Positions 26,006 through 40,011 are shown, counted from the stretch's first letter. The stretch: 64,000 nt of DNA from Amoeboaphelidium protococcarum X5 (GCA_023515725.1 JALDTO010000136.1:62001-126000); one strand, 5' to 3'. The notes: generated by a model not told the origin, from the letters alone. Numbers and translations: made by a program.

Positions 26006-27104
26006 TAGCAATTGCCATAGCAGGGAGATTGCCATATATAAAGCAAAACACAGAATTTTATCGGCTGCCCGCCTATGAATAAACATAACTTGTTGATCAC
26101 GCGAATTGAAGAACGATCACGGACTTCATGAAGATCAGCTAAGTGTCTTAAACTACGTATAATGATGGTAAGAAGTAATGCTTTGTATCTCCCATTTCTT
26201 CAGCTGCAAATGACACCATAAGTTAGCTGGATGTGAACTCATTTTTGTCGAGACATTAAAATGAGTCTGACTTGCAATTGCTCATTGCTATTATAATAAG
26301 TGGAAAAGCTATTTTGTAGTACTAGGTGGAAGCCAGACATGGAGAATCAAAGGAATCTAGCACTTGATACAACATTTATCAAACATCATGTTCACTTTAT
26401 ACATCATGACACATATACGCTCTTCAAAGCTTAAACTGTATGAATGCTATACAATAACTAAATGGACAGCCTCTCTACTAAAACTTCACCAGATTGTAAT
26501 CAAATAATCTTGACAACAATGCGAAACTACTGTACCTTGTTGTCTTATATTCATTAACTAAACAATTTGGAGAACCCCTTCTTTACTAATTCATCTAACA
26601 CCTTGTCAGTTATATCTTGTATTCTGTCAATATTAGAAGTTCTGTCTACTTAATTATTATTGGCTCTATTGGCATTGCAAATGACTCGCATATTATCCTG
26701 TTTCAACTTACTGAGGTATGTATGGTCAGCAAACTTGTCATAAGTTCCACAGTATGAGCGCCGTTCTACATTCCAAATTATCAGGAGTAGTACAAATACT
26801 AGCAGAAGCGTCAATGTAATTTTAAAATGATACAACCGCCTCATCAGCATACTAGGCGTAAAATATAATGGGTGTATGGTCTGTTGACAGGAGAAGCGCG
26901 TTTACTGTTGTTCAGGACAACCGAGCAAAGAAACGCCTCAAAACACAAAAGTTGTTTGACACAATTTGAATCCTGGCTACCTCGCCTCGGCAACAATTGT
27001 TGTTTCATCTTCCCAATCTGCATCAAAGCAATCTCACGGATCTGCTCGACTTTAAATCAATCAGTGTATAGCGATATCAGTCAATCAATCAACTATCAAT
27101 CGAT

Positions 27105-28319
27105 ATGTCCGGATTAGTTAAAGCGAAAAAGTTCAACATTCAAGACTCCAACATTGCTCTGCTGGGCAGCGATCTTGAGAAGAATGTCCGCAAGAATGCC
27201 AGTGATAGCGAACCTGCATGGGTATCTGCTGGCAAGGAGCTGGGTATTGAGATCTGGCGCATTGAAAAGTTTAAGGTGGTTGCTTGGCCAAAGGAAAGCT
27301 ACGGTGAGTTCTATTCTGGTGATAGTTATATCATCTTGCGCACCTATAAGGCAAAGCCTGAGGATGAAAAGTTCCAGTTTGATGTTCACTTTTGGCTTGG
27401 CCGCGAAACTTCCCAGGATGAAGCGGGTACGGCTGCATATAAGACTGTGGAGTTAGATGATTGTCTTGGTGGTCAGCCTGTTTAGCATCGTGAAGTTCAA
27501 GGGTATGAATCGGAGCTGTTTCTCAGCTATTTCCCAAAAATGAAGATTTTGGATGGTGGAGTAGAGTCTGGATTCAAGCATGTGAAGCCTGAGGAATATC
27601 GTCCTCGTCTGCTGCACATCAAGGGAACTCGTGGCCATATCGTTGTACAAGAGGTTGCTCTGGAGGCTTCTAGCTTGAACAGTGGTGATGTCTTTGTGCT
27701 GGATGCTGGTTTGAACATTTATCAGTTCAATGGAGCCACCTCCAATGGTGTTGAGCGTATGAAGGCCATGGAGTTGTGTTCCGCTTTATCGCAAGATCGT
27801 AAATCTGCCAAGGTTGTAGTCTATGGTGAGGATGATGCAGATGCTACTCCATTCTGGTAGCTGGTCGGTGGCAAGAAGGCTATCAAGAGCGCCGGAGATG
27901 GTGGTGATGACAAGGCTGCCGTTAAGAATGTCGCTAAGCGTCTGATGCGCTTGAGTGATGCCAGCGGTAAGATTGAGTTTAAAGAGGAGGCCACTGGTGT
28001 GATTAAAAAGGCCATGCTGGATGGTAATGATGTTTTCATCTTTGATAACGCTGCTGAGGTATTTGCTTGGGTCGGTAAGAAGACCACACCTTAGGAGAAG
28101 CGTTTGGCACTGCAGTATGCTCAGGACTACTTGGTCAAGTACAATCGTCCTGCCTATACTCCAATCTCCCGTGTGCTAGAAGGTGGAGAGAATGAAGTGT
28201 TTCTGAAGAGCTTGGATCCTGAAACTTCCGCTGCACCAGTTGGAGTAAAAGCTGTTAAAGAGTCAAAGGATGCTGTCAAGTAGCACGCTCCTGTCCAGGC
28301 ACCAAATATGAAGAAGTGA
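27105..28319 (+). CDS. Three-domain gelsolin-family protein (severin/fragmin-like), copy B, intronless, 404 aa
   Basis: Same motifs as copy A; V-Q(TAG)-HREVQ; extra C-terminal tail; TGA at 28317. Confidence 0.93.
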
Positions 28320-28583
28320 AAAAAATGATGATAATGATGATGAATTTTGAATATTTAATGATGAATGGTTTGATATGGTTATACCCGATGAATTCTTAAA
28401 GGTCATCAATTGTATTCGACTTCGATTTCCTAACGTTGTATTTTAGGGGGTATCTTATCAAATGCTTAAAGAATACAAAACCATCCCAACACCAAGCATA
28501 AGAGTATTATAATAAAATTACAATATATTCTGTTATTACATCAGTTATTTCACAATTATCCATCCTTATAAACCATGGAAGAA

Positions 28584-30671
28584 TCAAGGTCGACCTTAAT
28601 ACTACGACATATCGACGCCTTGAGTCAATTGGGCTTTCATATCATTAAAAGCCTTACGATCTTCACCTGTCATTTGATTGTTTGTCATTCGCTTAGTAAA
28701 TTCAGGTCCGAGCTGAGCCGCTACAAATCCATTCACACCAAACTCGCTTATTGCATGAGCAGTAGCACTATTAGACAGAGCCTAACCAGCAGGAGTCTTC
28801 TCATTCATCTTGTCCATTTCTGGTTGAGAATAGCCTAGATCTTTAAGCATATCTGAATTCAAACGTTACGGTCCAACTTATGCAGGCATTGCGCTTGGCT
28901 ATGTTCCTGCAGCCGGTTGACCTGGAGGAGCGGCACCTGGAGCCTACTATGGGCCAGCTTAATTCATCTAAAATGCATTGTCCGCCATGGACTTGATCGC
29001 AGGATTGGCATTCTGGAAGAAGTTCTAAGATCCTACTGCTGGTTGAGGAGCTTAAGTTTCAGCATTCCTTTAGTTCACAATACTAGGAGGGGCAACAATT
29101 CTCTCAACACTTGGTGGACGCGGAGCAATATCATTTGTGTATTACGCCTTCAGATCGGCAAATTTTTGTTGTTCTTGGGGAGTCATAGTACCCTATTTGA
29201 AATTCGTAAACGTCTGAGGACCCATTTACTACGCAACAAACGAATCAGTACCAAATGATTTTAATGCGTACGCGGCAGCATCCTTAGATAGCTTGTACCC
29301 TTCTGCTGTGTCTGAATTCATTTAGTTCATTTAGTCCTGACTATAGCCTAAACTCTTGAGTGTATCTTAACTCAGTCTCATACGACCGTACTCGACTTTA
29401 ACCGTATCGGGAGGAGCTTGAGCTGCAAGTTTCTACTATTCAGCAGTGTCTGGCATATTTTTGCCGTTTTCAGATGCAATAGCCTCAACATTTTAAAGCG
29501 TCATTACATCAGCTTTAGGAAGAGTACTGAAATGGTTCATTTTTGTGACATCGTTTTCTTCAGCAGCGCCTTAAGTTGCGGAATCTGAACTTACTGCAGG
29601 AGGCGCACCAGAGTCAGCAGCTGGGGCTGGACCAGTGGTAGCCACGTCTTGACCCGCTGGTACAGACTATTAAGCAACTGCAGGTGGAGCCCCTTCCACA
29701 GCGGCAGCTGGCTGTGTACCAGGTTGTGGTGCAGAAACAGCTGGAGCCTGAGGAGCAGCAGCAGCAGCTTGTTACGCATTACCTGGCAGAGAGGCAGAAG
29801 CTCCTTATGCATCAGTTGCACCATTTACACCCTATGGCTGAGAAGAACCTTGAGGAGTAGGATTGCCAGCTGGTGGTGCTTAAGGTGCACCGCTCTGACC
29901 CACTGGCTGCTATCCAACTCCCTATTGAGTAGTAGACTGTTAAGAAACTGATTAATCAGATGCCCCTTATTACTGTTAAGCTGCTCGAGAAGCACCATCG
30001 ACAGGACCGCCTTATTACGCACCAGAAACAGCACCACGTTAAGGTGTATTAGCAGTATCTGTTTAGCCAGTTACGCCGCGATCCGCTTCCCTTGACTAAG
30101 ACTACACAGAATCACTCGGTTTTTAGGACATGCCAGCTTATTATTACTGCTGCGAAGACAGGGATCCTGCCTGAGGAGCAGTGAGTCCAGAGGAACCTTA
30201 TTACTTATTCTTTTGCCTTTCAGAATCTTTGGCAGCATCTGAAGCTTTCGCATCAGATGGGGCGCTTGCTTTTTTCGGACCTTTATCAGCTTCCTTAGAT
30301 TTTGCAGGAGCTGCAGGCCCGCCACTATTAGAGCTAGACTTAGGAGGACCAGAAGCGCTCGGATTAGAAGGACCTGGCGAGCCTTAACTAGTAGAAACCT
30401 TGGATTAAGTGGACTTTGAACTAGCACCTGCAGGCTTTGCATTGGCGCCAGAAGATTTTCCATTAGAGCCAACTGTCCCACCCTTTGGGCCACTAGATGC
30501 TCCAGACTTGCTACCACCCTTACCAGCACCATCTTCCCTTTTAAATATCTCAACACGCTAAGCTCCATCACTTGGCAGAATATCACGCACTGGATATGAA
30601 TTGGACACTAGAATGCAGCATAGAAGCCAAACAGAAACCATTTGCACCAATAAGATACTACGATAATACAT
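28584..30671 (-). CDS. Secreted G/A/Q/P/S-rich protein, copy B (~695 aa); arm B of the inverted duplication
   Basis: Reverse-complement paralog of 13775-15838 with an open frame and the same stop context (QGRP-TGA). Confidence 0.8.
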
Positions 30672-31326
30672 TGCGATCAAATACTATAAACAGAACACAA
30701 TAGATTTAAATGTTGTAGCAGAAAGTAAAAGACATCGCACTACCATTCTAGTGATACGCGTTCGATGCATGTTGCAAGCGGTGACACTTGTATCAAAACA
30801 CAAGCCAATCGGAGGCAGATAGCATTGCACAGGTAATACACGCGTAGAACAGTATGATCACACACATACAGATGCAAAATAGTATAATGTTATAAAGCAG
30901 AGAAATTCAAATTTAAACAATTAATTATATGTAGGCTTTTATATAAATATTATAGTATGCCGTATTTCAATAATAAGAAGACAAATAACAATAAAACTGA
31001 AAGCATTTACACGGAGGTGCAGCCAGCTCATTGGACAAGAGTGAATCCAGTGCAAGAGAGGCCTGTGCACAAAGACACAAACATGGTCACGCGATTTGGT
31101 ACAACTGAAAAGTAAAATTTGAAATCAAAATAGAACTGGATGGAGAGAAGTATGTAAACGTGATGATGAAATCCACTCAATAAGTGATTTACTATCAATT
31201 AAAGTGTCATGTCTTTTGTGAGTACAAGTTTATACATGGCGTCTTCTCAGCGCTTATTCTTTTACATTTTGTGTTTAAGTGGTTGCGATATTTGCCTTTG
31301 AAGGATATAATAATCATTTTGGTATT

Positions 31327-32124
31327 ATGAAGTGTATATTAGGAGAATCGCCGGCTGACCAAGTTGTTTAAGCCATCTTGGATTTTATTTACGCCTACTT
31401 GGACTATCCAAATGTTGAGATTGAAGCCAGATTTGGCGTATTGATTGATAGACGGACGCGCCAACGAGTAAGGCTGCCCATCGTGAATGAAGCCGTGCTG
31501 GATGATGAAATGAGCTAGGATATCAAGTTTGAGTCTAACATGCAGCTGGATCTTCATAAATAGTTTAATTAATTGCTCAATAAACGTGTCACTGAGACTT
31601 AGAAGGCTTTCCCTGATTCTGGGGATGATGCTGTTAGCGGTGAAAAGTAAGACCATCGAGTCAGGTACAAGCATTTGAGAGAGATTGATGAAGTGTATCA
31701 AATCGCAGGCAACAATAAGGTTCGCGTGACCAAAGATAAAGTCACGGGAAAAGTTCTAAAGACTATTAAAAAGTAAAAGATTGATCAGATGCATATCCAT
31801 GTGCCTTACTCCTAATTTGATGTGAGAATAGCAGTCGCTACTGAAGGCGCCGCTCAGTTACCTGAAAATGCATCGTCTCTCCGCGCAGAGTCTGTTCGTT
31901 AAAAAGATCGTCTCTCTTACGTTTATGGAGATGTCCAAGTTGATCTAACTCAAGTCACAGGTGATCAAGGACTCTTGCACGAGCTGGAGATGGAAATGTT
32001 GAATATTGATTACATGAAGAGCTAGAAGGCACTACGCGATAAATCTGAGCCCAATTAGTTGTTTTCAAAGGTGCATACCTTCTATGAGAACATTCGGTCT
32101 ATTTGCGCAGCTGCTCCTAATTGA
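31327..32124 (+). CDS. CYTH/triphosphate-tunnel RNA 5'-triphosphatase (Cet1/Pct1/Ctl1 family), 265 aa
   Basis: VEIEARFG (motif A), FESNM, IRVTKD, FDVRIAVATE, RQKDRLSY, VDLTQV, HELEME (motif C). Confidence 0.88.
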
Positions 32125-32209
32125 AGTTTATTTTATTAAAGAGCCACTATGTAACTGAAGGAGAAACTATTTGTGGTAATGTATTATTTACATTGTATTG
32201 CATTTTATA

Positions 32210-34399
32210 TCATTTTTGCGGTACCTTTTCAGTGGAAGTCATGGCTATATTCTGCTTGAAAAAGAACACATCGTCAGCTTCACTGTCACTCACCTCTTTC
32301 CACTGCAGCCAATCGTCTGGGTCACTCTCAGTTGCCGGTGTCTTGCTCAGGTTATCCACACTAGCCTCGAAACTCTCCAGAGACTCCTTGACGGCGCGAT
32401 TCTCAACTAGCATCAGCTTGCGTAATTTGACACGTCCATACAGGCGGCTCTTTTCAAATTAGTCACCAAACACGGTCGGTCCAAGTTCATCTACGAGAGT
32501 GACAATGTCCTTTTGAAGCTCGGATCTCATTCTACGCAACTCCAGCAGCTATTTCAGACCTTTCTGCGATGACAGCGATAGATAGAGTGGCTTGATGGAC
32601 TTCATGATATCAACTGCACTCTCGCCGTATATGATTGCAGCATAAGAGATCAAAGGCAGAGCATTCATGGTCAAAATAAAGGACCAAAAAGGAGAGCTTA
32701 ATGGAAACAGACCGCCGGTGTAATAAGATATCAAAGCAGCCCCAATAGAGTACAGAACATAAATTGCCGGCACCATAACCAGGGCCACCATCAACTTCCA
32801 TGTTGCGAGAACGTCATTTCCAGCAATCTTTACAGTGGATGCAGCCAATGCTTCCTCAGCTTTAATGGCGGAGATGTACTCGGCAACGAACACTATTGGC
32901 AGATTGAATAGTACACCTGGCATAGCAATTATAGAAAGAAATGCCAACTTAACGGATCTTATAATCAAGAGACGAGCCTAATGGACATAAAATGCTGCAT
33001 AGTCCATAGGCACATTCTGATACCCAGCATACACAAGTGGTGAGGCAATATCAGACACTTAATGATCTTTCAGACCCAGATTTTTCAACTGCTAATTGTA
33101 AAGTAAAACTTGTCTAGATACACGCCTCACCTCTGGGTGATCCTGCATCTTAATATATCCCTCAGCAAACCGTCTAGTCAATTCCAACTTTTGATGAGCA
33201 GTCAATTCAATACTCTTTTCAGTAGCATAAATGTTATAATCAGCCTATTCCATATCACTCGAAGCACTAGACTAGGTGCTTGTAATTACAGAGGCCTAAT
33301 GTTATAGTTACTAATCAGAAGCAGTGGCGGATGGTGACCAGGTGTATAGGCGTCTTGCGGCTTAAATGACTTGTAACGCTTCCCAAGATGGAGCATTGAC
33401 AGTGACACTTCTCAAGCTATTGTAAATGATCTACATCAGAGCCTAGCAGGCCTCCTTCTTTATGTTCTTTCCCTCAGCGCCTCCCTTGGAGGCACCGCTC
33501 TTGTACAAAGAGATCAAGTCGGACGGTACAGTCAGCGGCTTGCCAAACTCTATGACTGCTCGAGATCTGAACTGATGTGGATGAAAGTAATGCAGTCCAC
33601 ATGGCACAATCTTTACATCAAGATCTGCATTGTCTGCCATTGCACCTAGAGCCATTGAACTTACGCCAGCCTTGAGCGGAAGCATCTCAGCTCTATCGTG
33701 ACTGCCACCTTCAGGAAAAATACCAATACATTCACCCTTGTTAAGTCGATCGTGAACCGCAGAATAGACTTGACTCTGATCTAGATGAGGCATAGTTTTA
33801 AACGACAATCCACCCGACGAAGATTTAGGACCATCATCATTGTTGTTAGTCACTACTGAACCTTTCTGCAATTTCTCAATCATTTTCTAATCAAATGGGC
33901 GTACGAGTTCAAGCTCAGTATCACTTAGAACGGCTGCAATCTCCGCAGCTTTACCATCAACTACAATGGACTCGGAAGGTTTCAGTTCTTGAGTAAACTT
34001 TGTACCCAATCCATAGACGTGCCTCAACTTTGCCTCCGCATCTTGAGAATCGCCACTAGCAATGTCACAGGGCAGCATATAAATCCTACCTGTGCACTTT
34101 TTAGCATAATCTTGAGGTCGCGCCACTGGAATAGCATTAAGAGCTCGAGCCAAATTGCCAATATACTTTCTATCGCAAGTCTTCTTCGCAGCCAGGAATC
34201 CAATACGCCTAGGAGAATGCTTCAGAACCACCCACGGATCGACAAACTGGTTCGCGTGAGGTGCAATGACAAAGATGACTGGACCTTCTTTTGGAATCAG
34301 ATGAGAGCCTCTACTGTTTATCTCTCGAAAGAAAATACCAATAATTTTGGTAAATAAAAACACTGTAAAGTCATACACCAAGTTTTTATAATCTAACAT
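32210..34399 (-). CDS. Glycerol-3-phosphate/DHAP acyltransferase (Sct1/Gpt2 family), 729 aa
   Basis: APHANQFVDP, IGIFPEGGSHDR, C-terminal TMs, GNDVLATWK. Confidence 0.92.
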
Positions 34400-34588
34400 G
34401 TTGATTTGATTGATGCGCAGTTGCTTCCCTAATGAGAATGAATTGAAATGGCGAAAGCGCAACGAGCCGCTTTGATTTTGAAGACTGTGCGAGCGGTGAC
34501 TGAAACGCGCCCCTTACTGTTTGTTTTTCATACAGTAACTTATAAAGTAGGTGTAAAACGCGTCAAAATCTAAATTAATATCTAGGAT

Positions 34589-36034
34589 ATGAATATCCAG
34601 GATCTATTATCGTACCTACCACCAGGTACATCATAAGGTTCTATCAATTAATCTGCATCTTCAACCACATATCCCAAGTATCCTCGTGTACTACATGAAC
34701 TATAACTGACTAGTTGGGACTCTTTTGATGAGGATATAATTGATCCGTTTAAAGAGTTTGTGGCTGACAAGTTGCAGTTGAAATGCAACGGCCTATTGCT
34801 TGATGGGTGTGAATCTGCTGTAAATGAACAGGAAATCACGTATTATCTATTACAATGCTGTTTCCACAACGCGAATCAATTAGCTAAAGCTTTGAATTTG
34901 AATGTGAAACTGGGATTCTCAAGGAAAAACGTCGGGCTGAATCCTGATTTGGTATTATATCGCAGACCAAGAGATGCCAAAGATTTGGAAGAGACGCCGT
35001 TGATGACGGTCGAGGTTAAAACAAGCTGGGGTCTGGATGTTGAAGATAATCTGGTGGCTATTGCAAATGATGACAGGGACAAAATGTGCAACGAAGTGCG
35101 ACGCGTAATTTCTCAGGAATACGGATATATGAGTGTCAATCATCATCGCTATGGGATGATCTGCACTGACTAAAAATTCTTTTTTCTGCGACGAGGTGAT
35201 CCACTTGAGTAAAGGCCAAATCAGCTGCAGATCAGTAGGGCAATTTATGTTGATAAGGTCACTCCTTATAATGTTATCACTGCAGTAACTGCTATGTATC
35301 TCGAATGCTCCAATAACTAGTACCTGTACTCGTCTCCGTATAGTACTCCTCCATTTAGCCCGACTAGTATAGACTTTGATCCTGCCAGCATAATTGAAGT
35401 CCCCTTGCACAGCCTGTATTTCGATGCGGTATTTGACGGTAGCCAATAGTTTTCAGTAATAAGAGCCGGATTCCGCCAGCCAATAAAGACTGTGCTTAAG
35501 ATGGTTGACACGAGTAAGGATATGATGCACTATGAAATGAAGTCAAATTAAAGTGACTCGAATGCGGCTACTATTTAAATCGATGTTGACAGTGAGAAGT
35601 TGAGACAGATATAATTGAAAGGTCCTCGCTTGATGTCATTGGATAAAGAGCATCAGTGTTATCTCCGCTTGAAGAATTTCTGGGGCGAGTATCTTCCAAC
35701 TTTACATGCGCGTTTATCTTTGGACAACTGGATCGAATGCATTATGATTGATCAATTGGATATGGCATCTCATTAGGACATAGTTGAACAACAGGATCAT
35801 CTTCGCTCTGCCCTGAAAGCCTTTCATGAGAACGGTATTGCCCACAATGATGTTGCTGAGAGAAATATAATGAGAGATATTGCAGGTAAAGTCATGTTTA
35901 TCGACTTTGCATACGCGCGTTTGATTACAGATGGTTTTGAAACGTTTCAGCGTGGTTGCAATGAGGATCTATCGAGACTGGAGAAGATCATTAAAGGGGA
36001 ACATATTGATGAGAGTGAAGACAAAAGCTGGTGA
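34589..36034 (+). CDS. PD-(D/E)xK restriction-endonuclease-like domain plus protein kinase (Crinkler/CR-effector type), 481 aa
   Basis: NPDLVL...VEVKTSW...ISQEYGYM...YGMICTD, then VLKMVD, FHENGIAHNDVAERNIM, FIDFAYA. Confidence 0.8.
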
Positions 36035-36499
36035 TACCGCAGATTATTCTGATAAGGACGATGCAGTTATGAAGTAGGATTGAGTAGCATCAGCACTAAG
36101 TTTTATTTTACTCGTATGTTAAATGGCTGGTTTATATCTTTTCTATACATCTTTTCACATTTATCGCTCGCAGTGCGCAAGCACAAAGAGCTTTTCTATT
36201 CTAGTTTACAGCTCGATGGCGTCCGTAACGAAAATTTTTAGGCGTGTTCGATTCGACGTCATTATTGTTATAGGCGCGAAATCATTGATATATCATGGTC
36301 TGATCAAACGCGGAGAGATAAAGTAATTTCAGGTAGAGGATAAGGCAAATTACTGCATAGTACGCACAATATTTAAAGAAAGATCGTTTACGTTTCCAGA
36401 CGTCAAGAGACAAAAAACGCTAGTTTGACTGCGGCAAGTTACAAAGTTACTATTTACGAAAGTAATAGCAATTGGGTGTCAGTATGTCGCGAAATATGT

Positions 36500-37450
36500 G
36501 TAGATATATGAGAAGAGTCGCTTCGTTCTGATGAATCGGATGATTATTCAGAGTTAGTATCAAATATCAATGACTTCTCTCTCCTTCCACGAACTCAGTA
36601 CCTACCACATCTCCTAGATAAACCAAATCTCGTGAAGTTAGCCCGCCTGCAACACCGCAAATGTCGAAAAAGTAAAAACACACCTTAGATTAGAGCAACA
36701 ATGCTGAGTCCGATCTTGATGAATAGTTAACAAGTTAAGCTGGTAAAATCGATTCTAATGTAGATCTAGAATTGCTTGAAGAATTGCAGAAAGTGGCAGC
36801 ACTTTACACTAAGGTACACACACGTCCGATGGCCACATCGTACGTGGTTAAAGAATGCAGATGGGAATTACGTGTCGAAGTTAGTAAAAGCGAAGTTTAT
36901 AACGCCAAATCCTATCGCTTGGTTTACAGAGATGAAGTGTGCCCGCTAGTGGTAGGTACAATTAAAAAATTGTCAGACTAGTTCGACAAGGACAAGAAGA
37001 TCGTCGCCAAAACGCGTGCATCTATCCAGTGTCGATGGTAATTGTCCGTTAAGAATCGTTCCGGATTTTGCAGGTGCTATTTCATCTTTAAACAAATACC
37101 TCACAATTTCCGCTTTAGACGCAATATGCATTTAATCCGCTCTTTAAAGTCAAAGTTGACGATTAATGCGAATACATGCTAATCGACTTGAAGGCAGGTA
37201 TGAAAGCCCTCTGAAGTTGGCGAATGAAGAAATTCAACAAATCAGCACGCATTAATACGACTCCATCTTTGAAATTGGTGACCTAATACTTGTCTCTCTT
37301 TTACGGTTTATCCGCACGGTGATAGCAGAAATGCTAGTGATAACAAAGGTTTTGCCTGTCTAGAAAGAATTGAAATTCAACGTAAAGAATCATGTCAACG
37401 AAGAATCGTATGATTCAGCATCGTGGCTTAATAAGTTTGAAACAACCACC
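36500..37450 (+). pseudogene. Probable degraded Mutator/MULE (FAR1/WRKY-like) transposase fragment
   Basis: Frameshifted, TGA-interrupted coding-like sequence with KTRASIQCRWQLSV...PHN and LKAGMK; weak motif resemblance only. Confidence 0.3.
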
Positions 37451-37863
37451 AAGCGTCCTGCTCCATCTTAACATGCGGCCAAAAAAGTAGATTTTTCGGC
37501 ATTTTCACTATGAACTTATATCTGAGTCGTCAAAATTCCTATGAATTCAATAAGATCAAATACAGTGCTAAGTCTATTCATTCTTCAACTCATTTTACTT
37601 ACTTATTACGCGTATCATCCCCGTCACCACAAATATCACCTCGAACGCACTGCGAGCGACGCACACGGTGCCGTTTATTTCGCTCGCGAGTGCGACACCG
37701 GAGCACCGTGGGCTCTGATATCATTCTGCATCGCGACCATATAAAAAATGCAACTCCTTATCAGATGATGATCGTCACCCTTAAAACGCTTTTAGCTGTA
37801 TAAAATTTTACGACCTCCTCTGTTTTTTCTTCTTCTTAATCTATATCAGATAAATTTAATAAT

Positions 37864-38676
37864 ATGAAGATGCTCAAGATTATGTTGCAATTCGCTATAA
37901 TGAAGCTGGCTCTTGGTGCGCCTGTTGAGGAGGTGCATCTGAAAAAGAGAATCATCGGTGCTATTGTGGCTGCTACGTCATCCCGCCCTCCTAGTCCATC
38001 CGTAAATAACCCTCCGTCTCCGCCGTCATAATATGAGCTGTATATGTATAAAACTGTTTAAAATGCCTCGGCAATTGCAGCTGGATATCAGGTCATAGAG
38101 AATACACAGGCTCCAGTCGCTGAATTTTCGTCTGCTGCTGTGCTTGACGCGTCAGTCGACGCGATTATCATTAACAACACCCAGGTCCTACCTCTCTATG
38201 GATAGTTTAAGAGTATTGCTAGACCGAACTTTTTTTCCGAAAGCTAGTATCTGAACTACTACAGCGCGGACGGCCAGTCTAGCAGTGGAGACTATGTGTC
38301 ATTCGACTACTCTAACAATGTGCATTCGATTGCTGCTGTATTCGCTCAATTCTTTAAGGACTCCCAATTTGTGGCAACTTCTATTAGCTATACAACTTTT
38401 CAAACGAACATATTTTAGACGCCGTACTTGTATGTCTCTAGTGAAGAAGTAGGAGTGCTAATTAATGATAATGGCATTGTGAAGGTGATTGTTCGCGGGC
38501 CCTGTGATATCTGGGCATCAAGTACCAGAGCAATTAAGCCCAAGACGCAGGTTAACTGGCGTGATGGATCCGATATTGCGGCTTATGCATGCTCGCTTTA
38601 CAATAATGCATACCTCGCCTCTAATCCCGCTCTCGTTGGCAGCGGCTACATTCCTGCTACAATATTTTTAAACTGA
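37864..38676 (+). CDS. Secreted protein with signal peptide, KKR propeptide site and Pro/Ser linker, 270 aa
   Basis: MKMLKIMLQFAIMKLALG-APVEEVHLKKR-IIG...; open frame in table 6 to TGA. Confidence 0.78.
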
Positions 38677-39098
38677 ACAATGGTTTGAATTTTAGTAAGT
38701 GATCAATCGAAAGAAGATCCGTCGCAACTTTTGCTTAAATGATACCCCGTCTTTATTCTATGGTAATACCGAGTTTTGAACAAAATTTAATAGGAAAGTA
38801 ATATAAGAATCCTTTATTCTATATGTACAAATTTTTTTCGATTATGGTGACAGTTAGTTTATAAGCTTTATCGCCCATTGACAGCATATCATCATTGCTG
38901 AGCAGGCGACAATCGCCATTGCACTTTGCGAAACAGATAACTGCGATATACAGTGGTACGCGGTCGGCATTTGGAACCACGTGGTGTTAATAATCACCTC
39001 AGACTTTGATTATCAGAGCAAAATACTTGTGCCCATCCTCTTCTTCCGTTTAATAATATTCTCTTTATAAAATCTGCATAATTACATAATATTGCATC

Positions 39099-39785
39099 AT
39101 GTTGTTTAGTAGTACTTTGTTTTTGGCTGCATTCAGCAGTCTGTACCACTCTCTGCCTCATACCGACCAGGTGATTCTGCAAGAATAAAACTCCTCTGGT
39201 GCTTCAGTTACTCCGTTCGGTTATGCGTAAAGATTCTATGGCGTGCTTGCTCATACAAAGCAGAAGGGCGATATCAAGTAGGTGCAAAGCGAAATGCGTT
39301 GGTATGATTATCCAAAGAAATCTCTGCTGAATCAGTGCTCCATAGAAGGTGTCACGTCTTGCACGCTGTTCAAGGGAAAGTCAATCTTTATCTTTAACAA
39401 AATCGCGCAACAATGTATTAAATTAGATTCACCTTTCCCTATAATCAGTCCTACTTGGATATTGGATGGTGAATATAAAGGCTTAGAATTTGTGAATGGT
39501 GTCTTGTCTCACCGTTGGGATAAAATGGACCATTTCTACTACGAGTCTGTGGTTGAGAGAAAGTTGACGCGTGTATTCGCGCCACTGGATCAAAACGGTT
39601 TCTCAGCTCAGCATGACTATGTCATTTATGAGCCTCAGGAATCAATTGACGAGCGTGTTTTCGAAGTTCCCACCTTCTGTCAGGATGATCAGCGCAAAGA
39701 AGTTCCGGAAGATCAGAAACACAAGCTGTTTCCTTGTTACTTCAACGAGTAATAACAATCTGAGTTGGCACTGGCTCGTCTATGA
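39099..39785 (+). CDS. Secreted ependymin/LolA-like protein (resembles plant At4g14100 family), 228 aa
   Basis: Signal peptide; RWYDY, C...ISPTWILDGEYKGLEFVNG...WDKMDHFYYE, FEVPTFC. Confidence 0.65.
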
Positions 39786-40011
39786 TACATGAATATTAAA
39801 TTTAATAATGAATTGGCTATTTTTACATTACTTGGCTTTATTGTTTAGTTGAAAGACGCCTGATTAGCGGCATGAATATAAAAATACACAACTAAGAATG
39901 TTGTGTGGGAGTGAAGAGGCTATTTTTATACTTGGCAATTTAATCTATTCCATATCTGAAATCTTTTAATTTAACTACACACTTAAAGAAGCACTATTTG
40001 GATAGCATAAA

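Noticed and set aside
26551-26844. Short minus-strand ORF with an N-terminal hydrophobic anchor
   Set aside because: About 97 aa, no recognisable domain and downstream frames broken by TGA; cannot tell a gene from a remnant.
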